A DNA stretch of 24,279 nt from a virus (IMGVR_UViG_3300031996_000014:1-24279), one strand, 5' to 3'; positions 15,850 through 24,279 are shown, counted from the stretch's first letter. Made by a program: numbers and translations. Notes: generated from the sequence alone by a model not told the origin.

Positions 15850-16982
15850 ATGCCGGTCAGCCCTGCCATGGCCGAGGACCTTGCGGCCGCCGTGGCTTCG
15901 CTGTACGAGCAGGCTGAGCTCGTGCTGATCGAGAAAGTGACGCGAGCGCTCGCGTCGGGCCTCGACTCCCCACGGTGGGTGGAGCTGAAGCTGGCCTCGC
16001 TTGGTAACCTCCGCACCGCGATCGAGGAGATCATCGCCGTTCTCCAGGTCGACGCCGCTGGGGCAATGCACCATGCGCTCACCGAGGCCTACGAGCGCGG
16101 CCAGCAGGCGGCCATAGCCGAACTCGGCGCGGTGGCCGTCGGACCGGCGCTCGCCGCCGCCGAGGCGCTACCGACCGCAGCTGCGGTTGACCGGCTCGCG
16201 GCGGCCCTCGTCTCGGAGACCGGCCCGGCGCACATGCGGATCCTGCGCACCGGCATGGACGTGTACCGGCAAGTGATCGCCGAGGCGTCGGCAGTGCCGC
16301 TGCTGGGCGGGCAGACCCGGCGGCAGGCCGCAGGGCGGGCCCTGCAGAAGTTCGCAGCCAAGGGCGTGACGGGATTCGTGGATCGGTCCGGCCGCCCCTG
16401 GAACCTGACGTCGTACGCGGAGATGGCCACCCGGTCCGCGGTCGGGCGTGCGGCGGTGGAGGCGCACACGGATCGGCTTGCCGCGGCCGGGGTCGACCTG
16501 GTGGTTGTGTCGGACGCCCCTGAGGAGTGCGATCGGTGCAAGCCCTGGGAGGGCAAGATCCTCCGGCGTAAGGGTCCGCCCGGGGCCGGCGTGGTGGAGA
16601 TGGAGCACGCCACGGAGGACGACCGCATGGTGCGGGTCCGCGTGGCGGGGAGTTTCGAGGAGGCACGCAGTTCGGGTCTGATGCACCCGAACTGCCGATT
16701 AGCCACTCGGTCTCTGCATACCTGCCTGGCTTGACCCGACCGCCCGGTCCGAAGAAGGACCGGACGCGGGCGACGTACGAGCAGTCGCAGCAGCAGCGGT
16801 ATCTGGAGCGGCAGGTGCGGGCGTGGAAACGCCGCGCGGCTGGCGCGGTCGAGGAGAAGGACCGCAAGGCGGCGAACGCGAAGGTCCGGGCGTATCAGGC
16901 ACGGATCCGTGAGCTGGTCGCGGAGACCGGACTGCCCAGGAAGAGCCACCGCGAGCAGATCGGCGCCGGCGCCGCGCGCTGA
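15850..16982 (+). CDS. Phage minor capsid protein (SPP1 gp7/MuF-related, minor capsid 2 type), split by 5 extra nt at 16699-16703; candidate recoded gene
   Basis: GFVDRSGRPWNLTSYAEMATRS, ECDRCKPWEGKIL, GLMHPNCR in frame 1, then HSVSAYLPG...QQQRYLERQVRAWKR in frame 3. Joined product 375 aa; unjoined product stops at 16734 (294 aa). Confidence 0.85.
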
Positions 16983-17038
16983 CCCCAAGACTTCCGGCCG
17001 CCGCACGGCGCCCGGGCAACCCGAAACGGGAGAACACC

Positions 17039-17836
17039 ATGCAGGTCCCTTTCACACGCCGGGCTTTCCGGCACCCCCTCGCAACGCACTCCGCGCTCGA
17101 CGTACTCGGCTACCGCCGCAACGGCTCGCCGATCTACGCCATCGCGGGTGGCAACGGCGAGGGCGAAGGCGACGGAGGATCGGGCGGACAGCCCGGATCT
17201 GGTGAGTCCGGCCAGTCCGGACAGGAGGGAACCGGCGACAACGGCAAGGCCGGTGACCAAGGCGGACAGCAGTCCGGGAAGGAATCCGCGCAGACCGGAT
17301 CCCGAGCGGACGGCGGCGCCGACTGGGAGGCCAAGTACCGCGAGACGCTCGCCCACTCCCGCGAGTGGGAGAAGCGCGCCAAGGCCAACACCAGCGCGGC
17401 CGAGGAGCTGGAGAAGCTCAAGGCCGCCAACATGACCGAGCAGGAGAAGGCCGTCGCCGCGGCTGAGAAGGCAGGCCGCACGGCCGCCGCTCAGGAGGCA
17501 CAGGCCGAGATTGAGAAGCGGGACGCGAAGCTCCGCGAGCTGACCGTCCGCGACGCCGTACGCGACCGGGCTGAGAAGCACAGCGCGAGAGCGTCCGCCC
17601 TTCTCGACTCCGTCTCGTTCCGCCAGAAGATCGCTGACCTCGACCCGACTTCGAAGACATTCGGCGCGAACCTCGACGACGCCATCAAGGCCGCTGTCAA
17701 GGACAACCCGGCCTTCGCTGTCCAGACCGCCGGCAAGAGCGGCGGGGACCTGTCCGCTGGCACCGGCGAGAGCGGTGCCACTAAGCGCGGAGAGGGCGGC
17801 CTCTCCGGCGCCATCCGCGGCCACTACCAGACCTGA
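17039..17836 (+). CDS. Capsid scaffolding protein
   Basis: Between minor and major capsid genes; G/S/Q-rich linker, WEAKYRETLAHSREWEKRAKAN, MTEQEKA coiled coil. Confidence 0.85.
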   Translation: MQVPFTRRAFRHPLATHSALDVLGYRRNGSPIYAIAGGNGEGEGDGGSGGQPGSGESGQSGQEGTGDNGKAGDQGGQQSGKESAQTGSRADGGADWEAKYRETLAHSREWEKRAKANTSAAEELEKLKAANMTEQEKAVAAAEKAGRTAAAQEAQAEIEKRDAKLRELTVRDAVRDRAEKHSARASALLDSVSFRQKIADLDPTSKTFGANLDDAIKAAVKDNPAFAVQTAGKSGGDLSAGTGESGATKRGEGGLSGAIRGHYQT

Positions 17837-17852
17837 ACCCCAGGAGTAACCC

Positions 17853-18917
17853 ATGCCCGTGACGCTCGCTCAGGCGCAGATCAACACCCAAGCGGACGTT
17901 GACTACGCCGTCATCGACAACCTGCGCCGCTACTCGTGGCTGCTGGACCAGATGGTGTTCGACGACACCGTCACCCCCGGCACCGGCGGCGCGACCCTCA
18001 CCTACGGCTACACGCGGCTGGTGAGCGCCTCGGGCGCGGACTTCCGCGCGGTCAACACGGAGTACTCCCCGACCGAGGCGACCCGCCAGCGGTACACCGT
18101 CGACCTCAAGCCGCTCGGCGGCGCCTTCCAGGTCGACCGCGTCCTCGCGAACCTGGGCCAGGCCGCGACCAACGAGGTCGCCTTCCAGGTCCAGCAGAAG
18201 ATCACGTCGATCCGGACCCGGTTCCAGGAAGAGCTCGTCAACGGCGACACCGCCGTGGACGCCGACGGCTTCGACGGCCTCGACAAGATCCTCACCGGGC
18301 AGCCCACCGAATACCTGCCCGCCGCCAACGGCCTCGACGTCGGGTACCTCGACTGGACGCCGGGCACCATCAACACCCAGTCCCTCGCCATGGCCGGCCT
18401 CGACCACCTGGACAGCTTCCTGTCCCGGATCGTCCCGTCCAGCACTGGCGGCGGCGACCAGGGCCGCCCCGGCGCACTGCCCCCGGGCGTCAAGGCCATC
18501 CTCGGTAACACGGTCAGCATCACCCGCGTGCGCGCGCTCGCCCGGTGGGCGGGCATGTACACCAACACCAAGGACGACCTCGGCCGCCAGATCGAGATGT
18601 ACGGGCCGTGGACCCTCGTCGACCTCGGCGACACCCACACCGGCAGCGGCTCGATCATCCCCGTCGAGTCCCGCGACCCGGACGGCGCGGGCGCGGGCGG
18701 GAACGTCACCGGCCTCACCGACCTGTACGCCGTCAGCTTCGGCCTGGACGCCTTCCACGGCGCCTCTGTCGCCGGGCAGCCGCTCGTCACCTCGTACATG
18801 CCGGACTTCACCCAGCCCGGCGCCGTCAAGCGCGGCGAGGTCGAGATGGGCCCGGTCGCGGCCGTCCTCCGCAACACCAAGTCCAGCGGCGTGCTCCGCA
18901 ACATCAAGGTCAGCTGA
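17853..18917 (+). CDS. Major capsid protein
   Basis: AGGAG RBS; MPVTLAQA..., FRAVNTEY, LGGAFQVDRVL, NGD....GFDGLDK; position after scaffold; strongest codon bias. Confidence 0.9.
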   Translation: MPVTLAQAQINTQADVDYAVIDNLRRYSWLLDQMVFDDTVTPGTGGATLTYGYTRLVSASGADFRAVNTEYSPTEATRQRYTVDLKPLGGAFQVDRVLANLGQAATNEVAFQVQQKITSIRTRFQEELVNGDTAVDADGFDGLDKILTGQPTEYLPAANGLDVGYLDWTPGTINTQSLAMAGLDHLDSFLSRIVPSSTGGGDQGRPGALPPGVKAILGNTVSITRVRALARWAGMYTNTKDDLGRQIEMYGPWTLVDLGDTHTGSGSIIPVESRDPDGAGAGGNVTGLTDLYAVSFGLDAFHGASVAGQPLVTSYMPDFTQPGAVKRGEVEMGPVAAVLRNTKSSGVLRNIKVS

Positions 18918-18928
18918 GGAGCGACACC

Positions 18929-19468
18929 ATGACGACCTACAACATCACCGCCCCCGAGTCGCACTTCTCCGGCGAGGTGGCCGGGGTGGTCTTCAGCAAG
19001 GGCAAGGCCACCGTTGACGGCGACAACGAGAACGCGGCGGCGGCCCTGGCCTACTTCCGACGCAAGGGCTACGGCGTGAACGGCGAGGCGGCGGCCGAGG
19101 CCCGGGAGGTGTTCGAGCCCGCCGACCCCCGTGACGTGGCCGACGTCGGGGGCGGGTCGCTGCGGGACGGCGCGGTCGAGCCGCGCGCCACGGATGCCGG
19201 GCTGCCGACGAACGCCGGCGTCGCCAACCCGCACGGGCCGGAGGTTGTCTCCCCGGAGGCGCCGACGCCGCCCGGGCGGGTACTGGAGACGGAGCAGGCC
19301 GCGGTCGGTGAGACGTACGACCCGCGCGACGGGGCGCCGAAGCGCGGCGCGTCGAAGGGCGAGTGGCAGGCGTATGCCCGCAGCCAGGCGAAGGACTCCG
19401 ACGAGGAGGCCGAGGTCGACAGCCTCACGAAGGAGCAGCTGGTGGAGCGGTACGGGGGCGCACAGTGA
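18929..19468 (+). CDS. Head-associated protein with C-terminal small helical (HeH/SAP-like) module
   Basis: GAGGAG RBS, ATG 18929; ALAYFRRKGY; PKRGASKGEWQAYA...LTKEQLVERYG. Confidence 0.75.
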   Translation: MTTYNITAPESHFSGEVAGVVFSKGKATVDGDNENAAAALAYFRRKGYGVNGEAAAEAREVFEPADPRDVADVGGGSLRDGAVEPRATDAGLPTNAGVANPHGPEVVSPEAPTPPGRVLETEQAAVGETYDPRDGAPKRGASKGEWQAYARSQAKDSDEEAEVDSLTKEQLVERYGGAQ

Positions 19469-19728
19469 CGTCCGAGGTGATCCGCTACCGCAACGCCAAC
19501 AACGGCGACGTGGTGAAGCGTCAGCACCCGGACGCGCGGCTGGAGATGCTGCCGAACTGGGAGCGCCTGGCCAGTGGCGAGAAGCCGTACCCGGACCGCT
19601 CCGCGTCGAAGGACGAGTGGCAGGCATACGCCCAGATGCGTGCAGGGTCCGACGAGGAGCGGGCGGAGATCCCGACGCTGACGAAGGCCGTACTCATCGA
19701 ACGGTACGGCGAGGACCCGACCGTCTGA
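19465..19728 (+). CDS. Small protein carrying a second copy of the same helical module
   Basis: GTGA overlap; PDRSASKDEWQAYA...LTKAVLIERYG. Confidence 0.75.
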   Translation: MTSEVIRYRNANNGDVVKRQHPDARLEMLPNWERLASGEKPYPDRSASKDEWQAYAQMRAGSDEERAEIPTLTKAVLIERYGEDPTV

Positions 19729-19748
19729 CCAGCCTGCCGCGAGCGAGG

Positions 19749-19772
19749 AGGGAGGCCCACTGTGGCCTCCCT
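19749..19772 (+). terminator. Hairpin after the capsid gene block
   Basis: AGGGAGGCC-cactgt-GGCCTCCCT. Confidence 0.5.
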
Positions 19773-19799
19773 TCCGCATGTCCATGAGGGAGGTGCGAG

Positions 19800-20222
19800 A
19801 TGCCCGCACCCGTGTACGCGACCGTCACGGACCTGGCCAGCTACCTCGGCACGACTCCACCCGACGACGCGGACAGGCTCCTGACGGCCGCGTCCCGGAT
19901 GCTCGATGCCAGGGTCCTGGCGTACTGCCGCTACGACGTCGACACGGCGGGGATGCCCGCCGACCCGGACGTCGCCGAGGCGATCGGCCGCGCGGTGTGC
20001 GCGCAGGTCGCATGGTGGGGGGAGGTCGGCGACAGCACGGGCGCGGCCGGTGTGGGCTACGGGTCGGTGTCGATCGGCTCGGTCAACCTCGGCCGGTCCG
20101 TGACCAGCGTCAGCGGGGAAGACGCTGCTGCCCGGCAGCTCGCCCCGCAGGCCGCCGACGAACTCCGCGCCCCACACCTGCACGGCAAGATCACGCTCGG
20201 CTCGGTGGCGGTGGTCTGGTGA
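19800..20222 (+). CDS. Head-tail adaptor (gp15-like)
   Basis: GGAGGT RBS; YATVTDLASYL...RLLTAASRMLD...AVCAQV...SVSIGSV. Confidence 0.8.
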   Translation: MPAPVYATVTDLASYLGTTPPDDADRLLTAASRMLDARVLAYCRYDVDTAGMPADPDVAEAIGRAVCAQVAWWGEVGDSTGAAGVGYGSVSIGSVNLGRSVTSVSGEDAAARQLAPQAADELRAPHLHGKITLGSVAVVW

Positions 20223-20536
20223 GCCACATCCCGGGCTCGCTGCTGCGCCACCGCATCACCATCGAGCCGTACCTCGGCGATTCCAGCACCGGCCCCCTGT
20301 ACGGCCCGCCGCAGTCGGTGCGCGCGTTCGTGGACGAGCAGACCCGCGCGGTCGTCTCCCCGGCCGGCGAGTCGGTCACGTCCTCCTCGACCGCCTACAC
20401 GATGCCGGGCACGTCCGCGCCGCCGCTGTCCCGCATCACCCTCCCGTCCGGCCGGCAGACGAAGGTCATCGCCTGCCTGTCCCGCGACGGCGGCGGCCTG
20501 CCCACCCCGGACCACGTGGAGATCCAACTCCAGTAG
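20219..20536 (+). CDS. Head closure/stopper protein
   Basis: GTGA overlap; LLRHRITIEPYLG...YGPP; beta-rich; position. Confidence 0.7.
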   Translation: MSHIPGSLLRHRITIEPYLGDSSTGPLYGPPQSVRAFVDEQTRAVVSPAGESVTSSSTAYTMPGTSAPPLSRITLPSGRQTKVIACLSRDGGGLPTPDHVEIQLQ

Positions 20537-20548
20537 AAGGAGGCCCGC

Positions 20549-20896
20549 ATGGCACGCTTCCGACTCGACTTCGACGGGGCAGCGGTCCAGCGGGAACTCC
20601 GCGCCGCCGCCGCCCGCGGCCTGGTCCTCGCCGCCGAACACGTCCTGACCGAGTCGCTGGCGGTCGTCCCTCTCGACGAGGGAGCGCTCCAGAACTCCGG
20701 CACGGCCAGCGTGGACGCAGGCGACCTGACGGCCGCGGTCTCCTACGACACTCCGTACGCCGTCCGCCAGCACGAGGAGCTGGACTACCGGCACGCGCCG
20801 GGCCGGACAGCGAAGTACCTGGAACGGCCGCTCAACGCGGCCCACACCGAGGTACGCGACATCATCGCCGCTCAGTTGAGGCGGGCCCTGCGGTGA
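20549..20896 (+). CDS. HK97 gp10-like neck/tail completion protein
   Basis: VPLDEGALQNSG, SYDTPYAVRQHE, AKYLERP. Confidence 0.8.
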   Translation: MARFRLDFDGAAVQRELRAAAARGLVLAAEHVLTESLAVVPLDEGALQNSGTASVDAGDLTAAVSYDTPYAVRQHEELDYRHAPGRTAKYLERPLNAAHTEVRDIIAAQLRRALR

Positions 20897-21324
20897 GCCA
20901 CGACGCTGCCCTGCTCCAGGGCGTCGCCGAGCTCCTCGACGCGGAGGGCATCGGACGGTACAGCCCGGACGCGGTCCTGCCGGCGGACGTCACCGGCATC
21001 GTCCTCGGCAAGATCCCGGACGGCCCCGACCGGGCGCTGGGCCTGACCCCGTACCCAGTCGCGGACGACGACTCCACCGACTCGGTCACCGGCATCCAGG
21101 CCCGCATGCGCTGGGGCACGGACGCGACCGGACTGGTGGACCTCGCGGACGCGGTGTTCAACGTCCTCCACAACCGCCGCTCCTACCTGCTGCGCGGCGT
21201 GTGGGTGGAAATCTCCTGGCGCCAGTCCCAGGCGTGGATCGGCCAGGACACACGCGGCCGCATGGAGCTGACCGCGAACTACTACCTCCGGACGGTCAGG
21301 TCCGGGCCCCATCTGATCGACTGA
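20893..21324 (+). CDS. Tail terminator-like protein
   Basis: GTGA overlap; immediately before tail tube; PDGPD...IQARMR...IGQDTRGR. Confidence 0.7.
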   Translation: MSHDAALLQGVAELLDAEGIGRYSPDAVLPADVTGIVLGKIPDGPDRALGLTPYPVADDDSTDSVTGIQARMRWGTDATGLVDLADAVFNVLHNRRSYLLRGVWVEISWRQSQAWIGQDTRGRMELTANYYLRTVRSGPHLID

Positions 21325-21337
21325 GGAGAGGCATCCC

Positions 21338-21832
21338 ATGACGACGCCCACCCCCACGCCCACCAACGAGACGGAACTCGCCCGCGAGTGGCGACTCGAA
21401 GTGAACATGGGCACCGACGAAACTCCGGACTGGCAGCTCTGCCCCGGCGTCCGGGAATTCCAGCCGTCTGCCGAGCCGAACATCGAGGACAGCTCGGACT
21501 ACGACTCGGACGGCTGGGCCGGGAACACGAAGACCGCTCAGTCCTGGGAGCTGTCGGTAACGATCCGCCGCAAGGCCAACCGGACCCAGAAGGTGTACAA
21601 CCCGGTGCACGAGGCGATCCGTCTGGCCTCCGACGAGTACGGCGACGCCAACCTGGTGCACCTGCGGTGGATGAACCGCGATGGCCTCCCGGAGGCGTAC
21701 GAGGGCAAGGCGATCCCCACCTGGGCGCCGTCCGGCGGCGAGTACTCCGCTCTGGGCGAGGTGGAGATCACGTTCACCGGCGACGGCCCGCGCACGGCGA
21801 TCGACAACCCGCTCGCCGTGGGAACCCCCTGA
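21338..21832 (+). CDS. Major tail (tube) protein
   Basis: GAGGAG RBS; DSSDYDSDGW, WELSVT, EITFTGDG; position before chaperones. Confidence 0.85.
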   Translation: MTTPTPTPTNETELAREWRLEVNMGTDETPDWQLCPGVREFQPSAEPNIEDSSDYDSDGWAGNTKTAQSWELSVTIRRKANRTQKVYNPVHEAIRLASDEYGDANLVHLRWMNRDGLPEAYEGKAIPTWAPSGGEYSALGEVEITFTGDGPRTAIDNPLAVGTP

Positions 21833-21833
21833 C

Positions 21834-22355
21834 ATGGCCGCTACGTTCGAGGCGCTCGGCGACTTCCTCGACGACTACCTGGAGCTGCCCGTCCTCACCG
21901 AGGGCGGGCAGACCCACGTCTACCGGATCCCGTCCCCCGCCGCCCGGGACGGACTCCGCGTCGAGCAGATCACCAAGGCCGCAGCGCAGCTCTACCTCCA
22001 CGGCACCGAACCCGATCAGGAACTCCTCGACGACGCCGCGGAGCGGGACCTGTTCAAGCTCGTCCTCGGCGAGCAGCACGACACGATCCTCGCCGACCTG
22101 TCCTGGACCCGTTTCCGGCACGTGGCGATGACCGCGATGGTGTGGGTCCTCAACGACCGCGACACCGCCGCCCGCTTCTGGGGGAGCGGTGGCGACCCTT
22201 CTCTCTTGGCCCCGAATCGGGCGGCCCGTCGGCAGCCGAAGTCAGCGCCCTCGGCGTCGGCCGCGGCGAACGGGACCCGATCACGGGGCTCTACGAGTGG
22301 TACGAGGGCGGGCTCCCGCCAGCGTCACAGGCGCGGCAGCAGGGCAAGCGGGTAA
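21834..22355 (+). CDS. Tail assembly chaperone (G-like)
   Basis: ATG 21834 (MAATFEALGDFLDDYLELP); APNRAARR and Ser/Thr/Arg-rich tail; two genes upstream of tape measure. Confidence 0.8.
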   Translation: MAATFEALGDFLDDYLELPVLTEGGQTHVYRIPSPAARDGLRVEQITKAAAQLYLHGTEPDQELLDDAAERDLFKLVLGEQHDTILADLSWTRFRHVAMTAMVWVLNDRDTAARFWGSGGDPSLLAPNRAARRQPKSAPSASAAANGTRSRGSTSGTRAGSRQRHRRGSRASG

Positions 22356-22567
22356 CCCGCACCGACCTGCTGGATCAGTGGCCGCTCGTCGAGGCGGACT
22401 TCCAGGACACCTACGGTCTCGACCTGGCCGACGAGCAGCTGCTCCGCACGCGGTCGTGGCGCTGGTTCCAGACCCGCCTCTACGGCCTGCTCTCCGCGGA
22501 CTCCCGCGTGCACCGCCACTTCGCACCTCCCCCGCCCAAGCAGTCCCGCACACCCAGGAGGAGGTAG
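22196..22567 (+). CDS. Tail assembly chaperone extension (T-like), probably reached by -1 frameshift
   Basis: -1 frame open 22142-22567; WPLVEADFQDTYGLDL...RSWRWFQTRLYGLLSADSR has no nearby start codon. Confidence 0.7.
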   Translation, partial: PFSLGPESGGPSAAEVSALGVGRGERDPITGLYEWYEGGLPPASQARQQGKRVTRTDLLDQWPLVEADFQDTYGLDLADEQLLRTRSWRWFQTRLYGLLSADSRVHRHFAPPPPKQSRTPRRR

Positions 22568-22571
22568 CGCT

Positions 22572-24279
22572 GTGGCGCTCACCGTCGGCGAACTCACCGG
22601 CCTGATCACCCTCAACGACGACGGTGTCGCCCCCGCCCTGCGCCGCGCCGAGAGCGCCATGCGCGCCTCCGGGCAGCGCATGGGCAGTGACGCCGACGAC
22701 GCCGGGCGGCAGGCCGGGACCCGGCTCGGCGGCGGCTTCGTCCGCGGCGCTGACGGCCAGTGGCGCAACCTCCGCGGCGGCCTGGTCGACGCGGTCACCG
22801 CCGCCGCACTGGAGGCCGAGGCCGAAGCGCATCGGGCGGGGCAGCGCGCCGGGCAGCGACTCGGCGACGGGCTCGGGGACGGCCTCGGCGACAGGGCCAG
22901 CCGCGCCGCCCGCCAGGCCGGAGACGACGCCGGCGACGCCCTCGGTGACGGACTGCGGCAGTCCGGAGAGGACGGCGCCGACGCCGCCGGACAGAGCATC
23001 GGCCAGCGGCTCGGGGCCCGCATGAAGCTCGCTGCTGCTGGTGTCGGTGTGGCCGCCGGCGCGGTCCTCATGTCGTCGATGCAGGAGTCCCTGGACCAGT
23101 CGCAGATCACTGCCCGGCTCGGGGCGCAGCTCGGTACGACGCCGGCGGTGGCGCAGCAGTACGGGCGGCTGGCGGGCCAGCTGTTCAAGGAGGCCATCGT
23201 CGCCGACTTTCAGGAGGGCGCGGACACGATCAAGGCGATCGCCGGGTCGGGCCTGATCCCTCCGGGGGCGACGAACGCACAGATCAAGAGCATCGCCGCG
23301 AACGCGGCCGACCTCGCCAACTCGTTCGAGATCGACGTGTCGCTGGCCGCGCAGGCGGCCGGGTCGGCAGTGAAGAACGGCCTCGCCAAGGACAGTCAGG
23401 AGGCGTTCGATCTCCTCACCAAGGGCATGACCGGGCTCGGCCCGGCCGGCGAAGACCTCGCCGAGACCTTCCGCGAGTACGGGCCGATCTTCCAGCAGGC
23501 CGGACTGTCCGGGCAGACCGCGCTCGGCCTGATCCGGCAGGGCATCGAGGGCGGCTGGGTCCAGGACACCGACAAGATCGCCGACGCTTTCAAGGAGTTC
23601 TCCCTCCGCGGCACCGAGGGCAGCAAGGCCGTCCAGGACGCGTTCAAGGCACTGCGCCTGGACGCGAAGAAGACCGGCGACGACATCGCCGCGGGCGGCA
23701 AGCGTGGCGAGGGCGCCATGGACTTGGTCCTCGACAAGCTGCGGGAGATGGGCCCGGACAGTCAGGAGGCCCGCCAGATCATCAGCACCCTGTTCGGCGG
23801 GCCGGGCGAGGATCTCGGCGCCGCCCTGTTCGCACTGGACGTCGACAAGGCAACCGAGGCGATGGGCGGCGCGAAGGGCGCGGCCGACGACCTCGGCAAC
23901 GGGCTGCGGGACAACGCGGGCGCGAAGGTGACCCAGTTCAAGAACACCATGCAGCAGAACTTGGTCGAGTTCCTGGGTAACGAGGTGATCCCGCGCCTCG
24001 AGGGCGTGTTCGGGTTCGTGTCGGAGCACTCCGGGGTGTTCATCGCTGCGGCGGCCGGGGTGACCGCGCTGGGTACGGCGTTCGCTATCGCGTCCATCGG
24101 CGTGTGGGCGATGAACTCCGCGATGCTCGCGAACCCCATGTTCTGGATCATCGGGGGGATCGCGCTGGCTCTGGTGGGGCTGGTGCTGCTGGTCGTCACC
24201 TACTGGGATCAGATCAAGGCCGCCACGCTCGCCGCGTGGGACTGGGTCGTCGCGAAAGTCGTGTGGGCGAAGGACGGGA
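22572..24279 (+). CDS. Tail tape measure protein (3' truncated; absent from ORF track)
   Basis: AGGAGGAGG RBS, GTG 22572: MALTVGELTGLITL...; Ala/Gly-rich helical; EYGPIFQQAGLSG...DTDKIADAFKEFSLR; open to window end. Confidence 0.9.
   Translation, partial: MALTVGELTGLITLNDDGVAPALRRAESAMRASGQRMGSDADDAGRQAGTRLGGGFVRGADGQWRNLRGGLVDAVTAAALEAEAEAHRAGQRAGQRLGDGLGDGLGDRASRAARQAGDDAGDALGDGLRQSGEDGADAAGQSIGQRLGARMKLAAAGVGVAAGAVLMSSMQESLDQSQITARLGAQLGTTPAVAQQYGRLAGQLFKEAIVADFQEGADTIKAIAGSGLIPPGATNAQIKSIAANAADLANSFEIDVSLAAQAAGSAVKNGLAKDSQEAFDLLTKGMTGLGPAGEDLAETFREYGPIFQQAGLSGQTALGLIRQGIEGGWVQDTDKIADAFKEFSLRGTEGSKAVQDAFKALRLDAKKTGDDIAAGGKRGEGAMDLVLDKLREMGPDSQEARQIISTLFGGPGEDLGAALFALDVDKATEAMGGAKGAADDLGNGLRDNAGAKVTQFKNTMQQNLVEFLGNEVIPRLEGVFGFVSEHSGVFIAAAAGVTALGTAFAIASIGVWAMNSAMLANPMFWIIGGIALALVGLVLLVVTYWDQIKAATLAAWDWVVAKVVWAKDG

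Larger units (their letters stand above)
1..24279 (+). mobile_element. Temperate siphovirus/prophage of a high-GC actinobacterium (probably Streptomyces); both ends lie outside the window
   Basis: Ordered terminase-portal-head-tail-tape measure module, overlapping ATGA/GTGA gene junctions, strong GC3 bias, near absence of TTA codons. No integrase or att site in the window. Confidence 0.95.

Noticed and set aside
16696-16706. The 5 extra nt as an IS footprint, intron or intein remnant
   Set aside because: Not a duplication of flanking bases, no transposase or terminal repeats, and too short. Simple pseudogenisation is not excluded but does not explain the TTA plus abutting hairpin.
16731-16982. 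Independent 83-aa gene from TTG 16731
   Set aside because: No RBS, and the conserved-looking sequence in this frame begins upstream at CAC 16704.
22840-23020. Short repeats (CTCGGCGAC, GQRLGDGLGDGLGD) in tape measure
   Set aside because: Ordinary low-complexity coding repeats of tape measure N-termini.
7371-24029. Long minus-strand ORFs (7371-8894, 12408-13694, 13745-15697, 18008-19627, 22281-24029 and similar)
   Set aside because: Antisense shadows of real genes in high-GC DNA; no motifs, and codon bias supports the plus strand.

Overview
High-GC actinobacterial (most likely Streptomyces) temperate siphovirus/prophage segment. 1-4.7 kb: end of a replication-type gene, then a rightward run of small early/middle genes (DUF4326-like, HNH, Cys-rich proteins). 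4.8-6.4 kb: leftward cassette (HTH regulator, GIY-YIG nuclease, two small proteins, MerR/Xis-like HTH). 6.5-11.4 kb: a symmetric bidirectional promoter/operator driving micro-ORFs and six membrane proteins that resemble a Streptomyces plasmid spread (spd) module, with no TraB ATPase in the window. 11.8-24.3 kb: scaffold-type (SPP1/A118-like) morphogenesis operon: TerS, TerL, portal, minor capsid, scaffold, major capsid, head-tail proteins, tail tube, chaperones, tape measure (runs off the edge). Strongest signal: the minor capsid gene is split inside its HPNCR|H motif by 5 extra nt that place a rare TTA (bldA) codon directly after a perfect 11-bp hairpin, a candidate developmentally controlled translational bypass. 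The only other in-frame TTA I found is in the spd-like operon, suggesting a possible bldA-gated choice between virion assembly and membrane-mediated spread. All family calls are motif recognition by eye; no searches were run.
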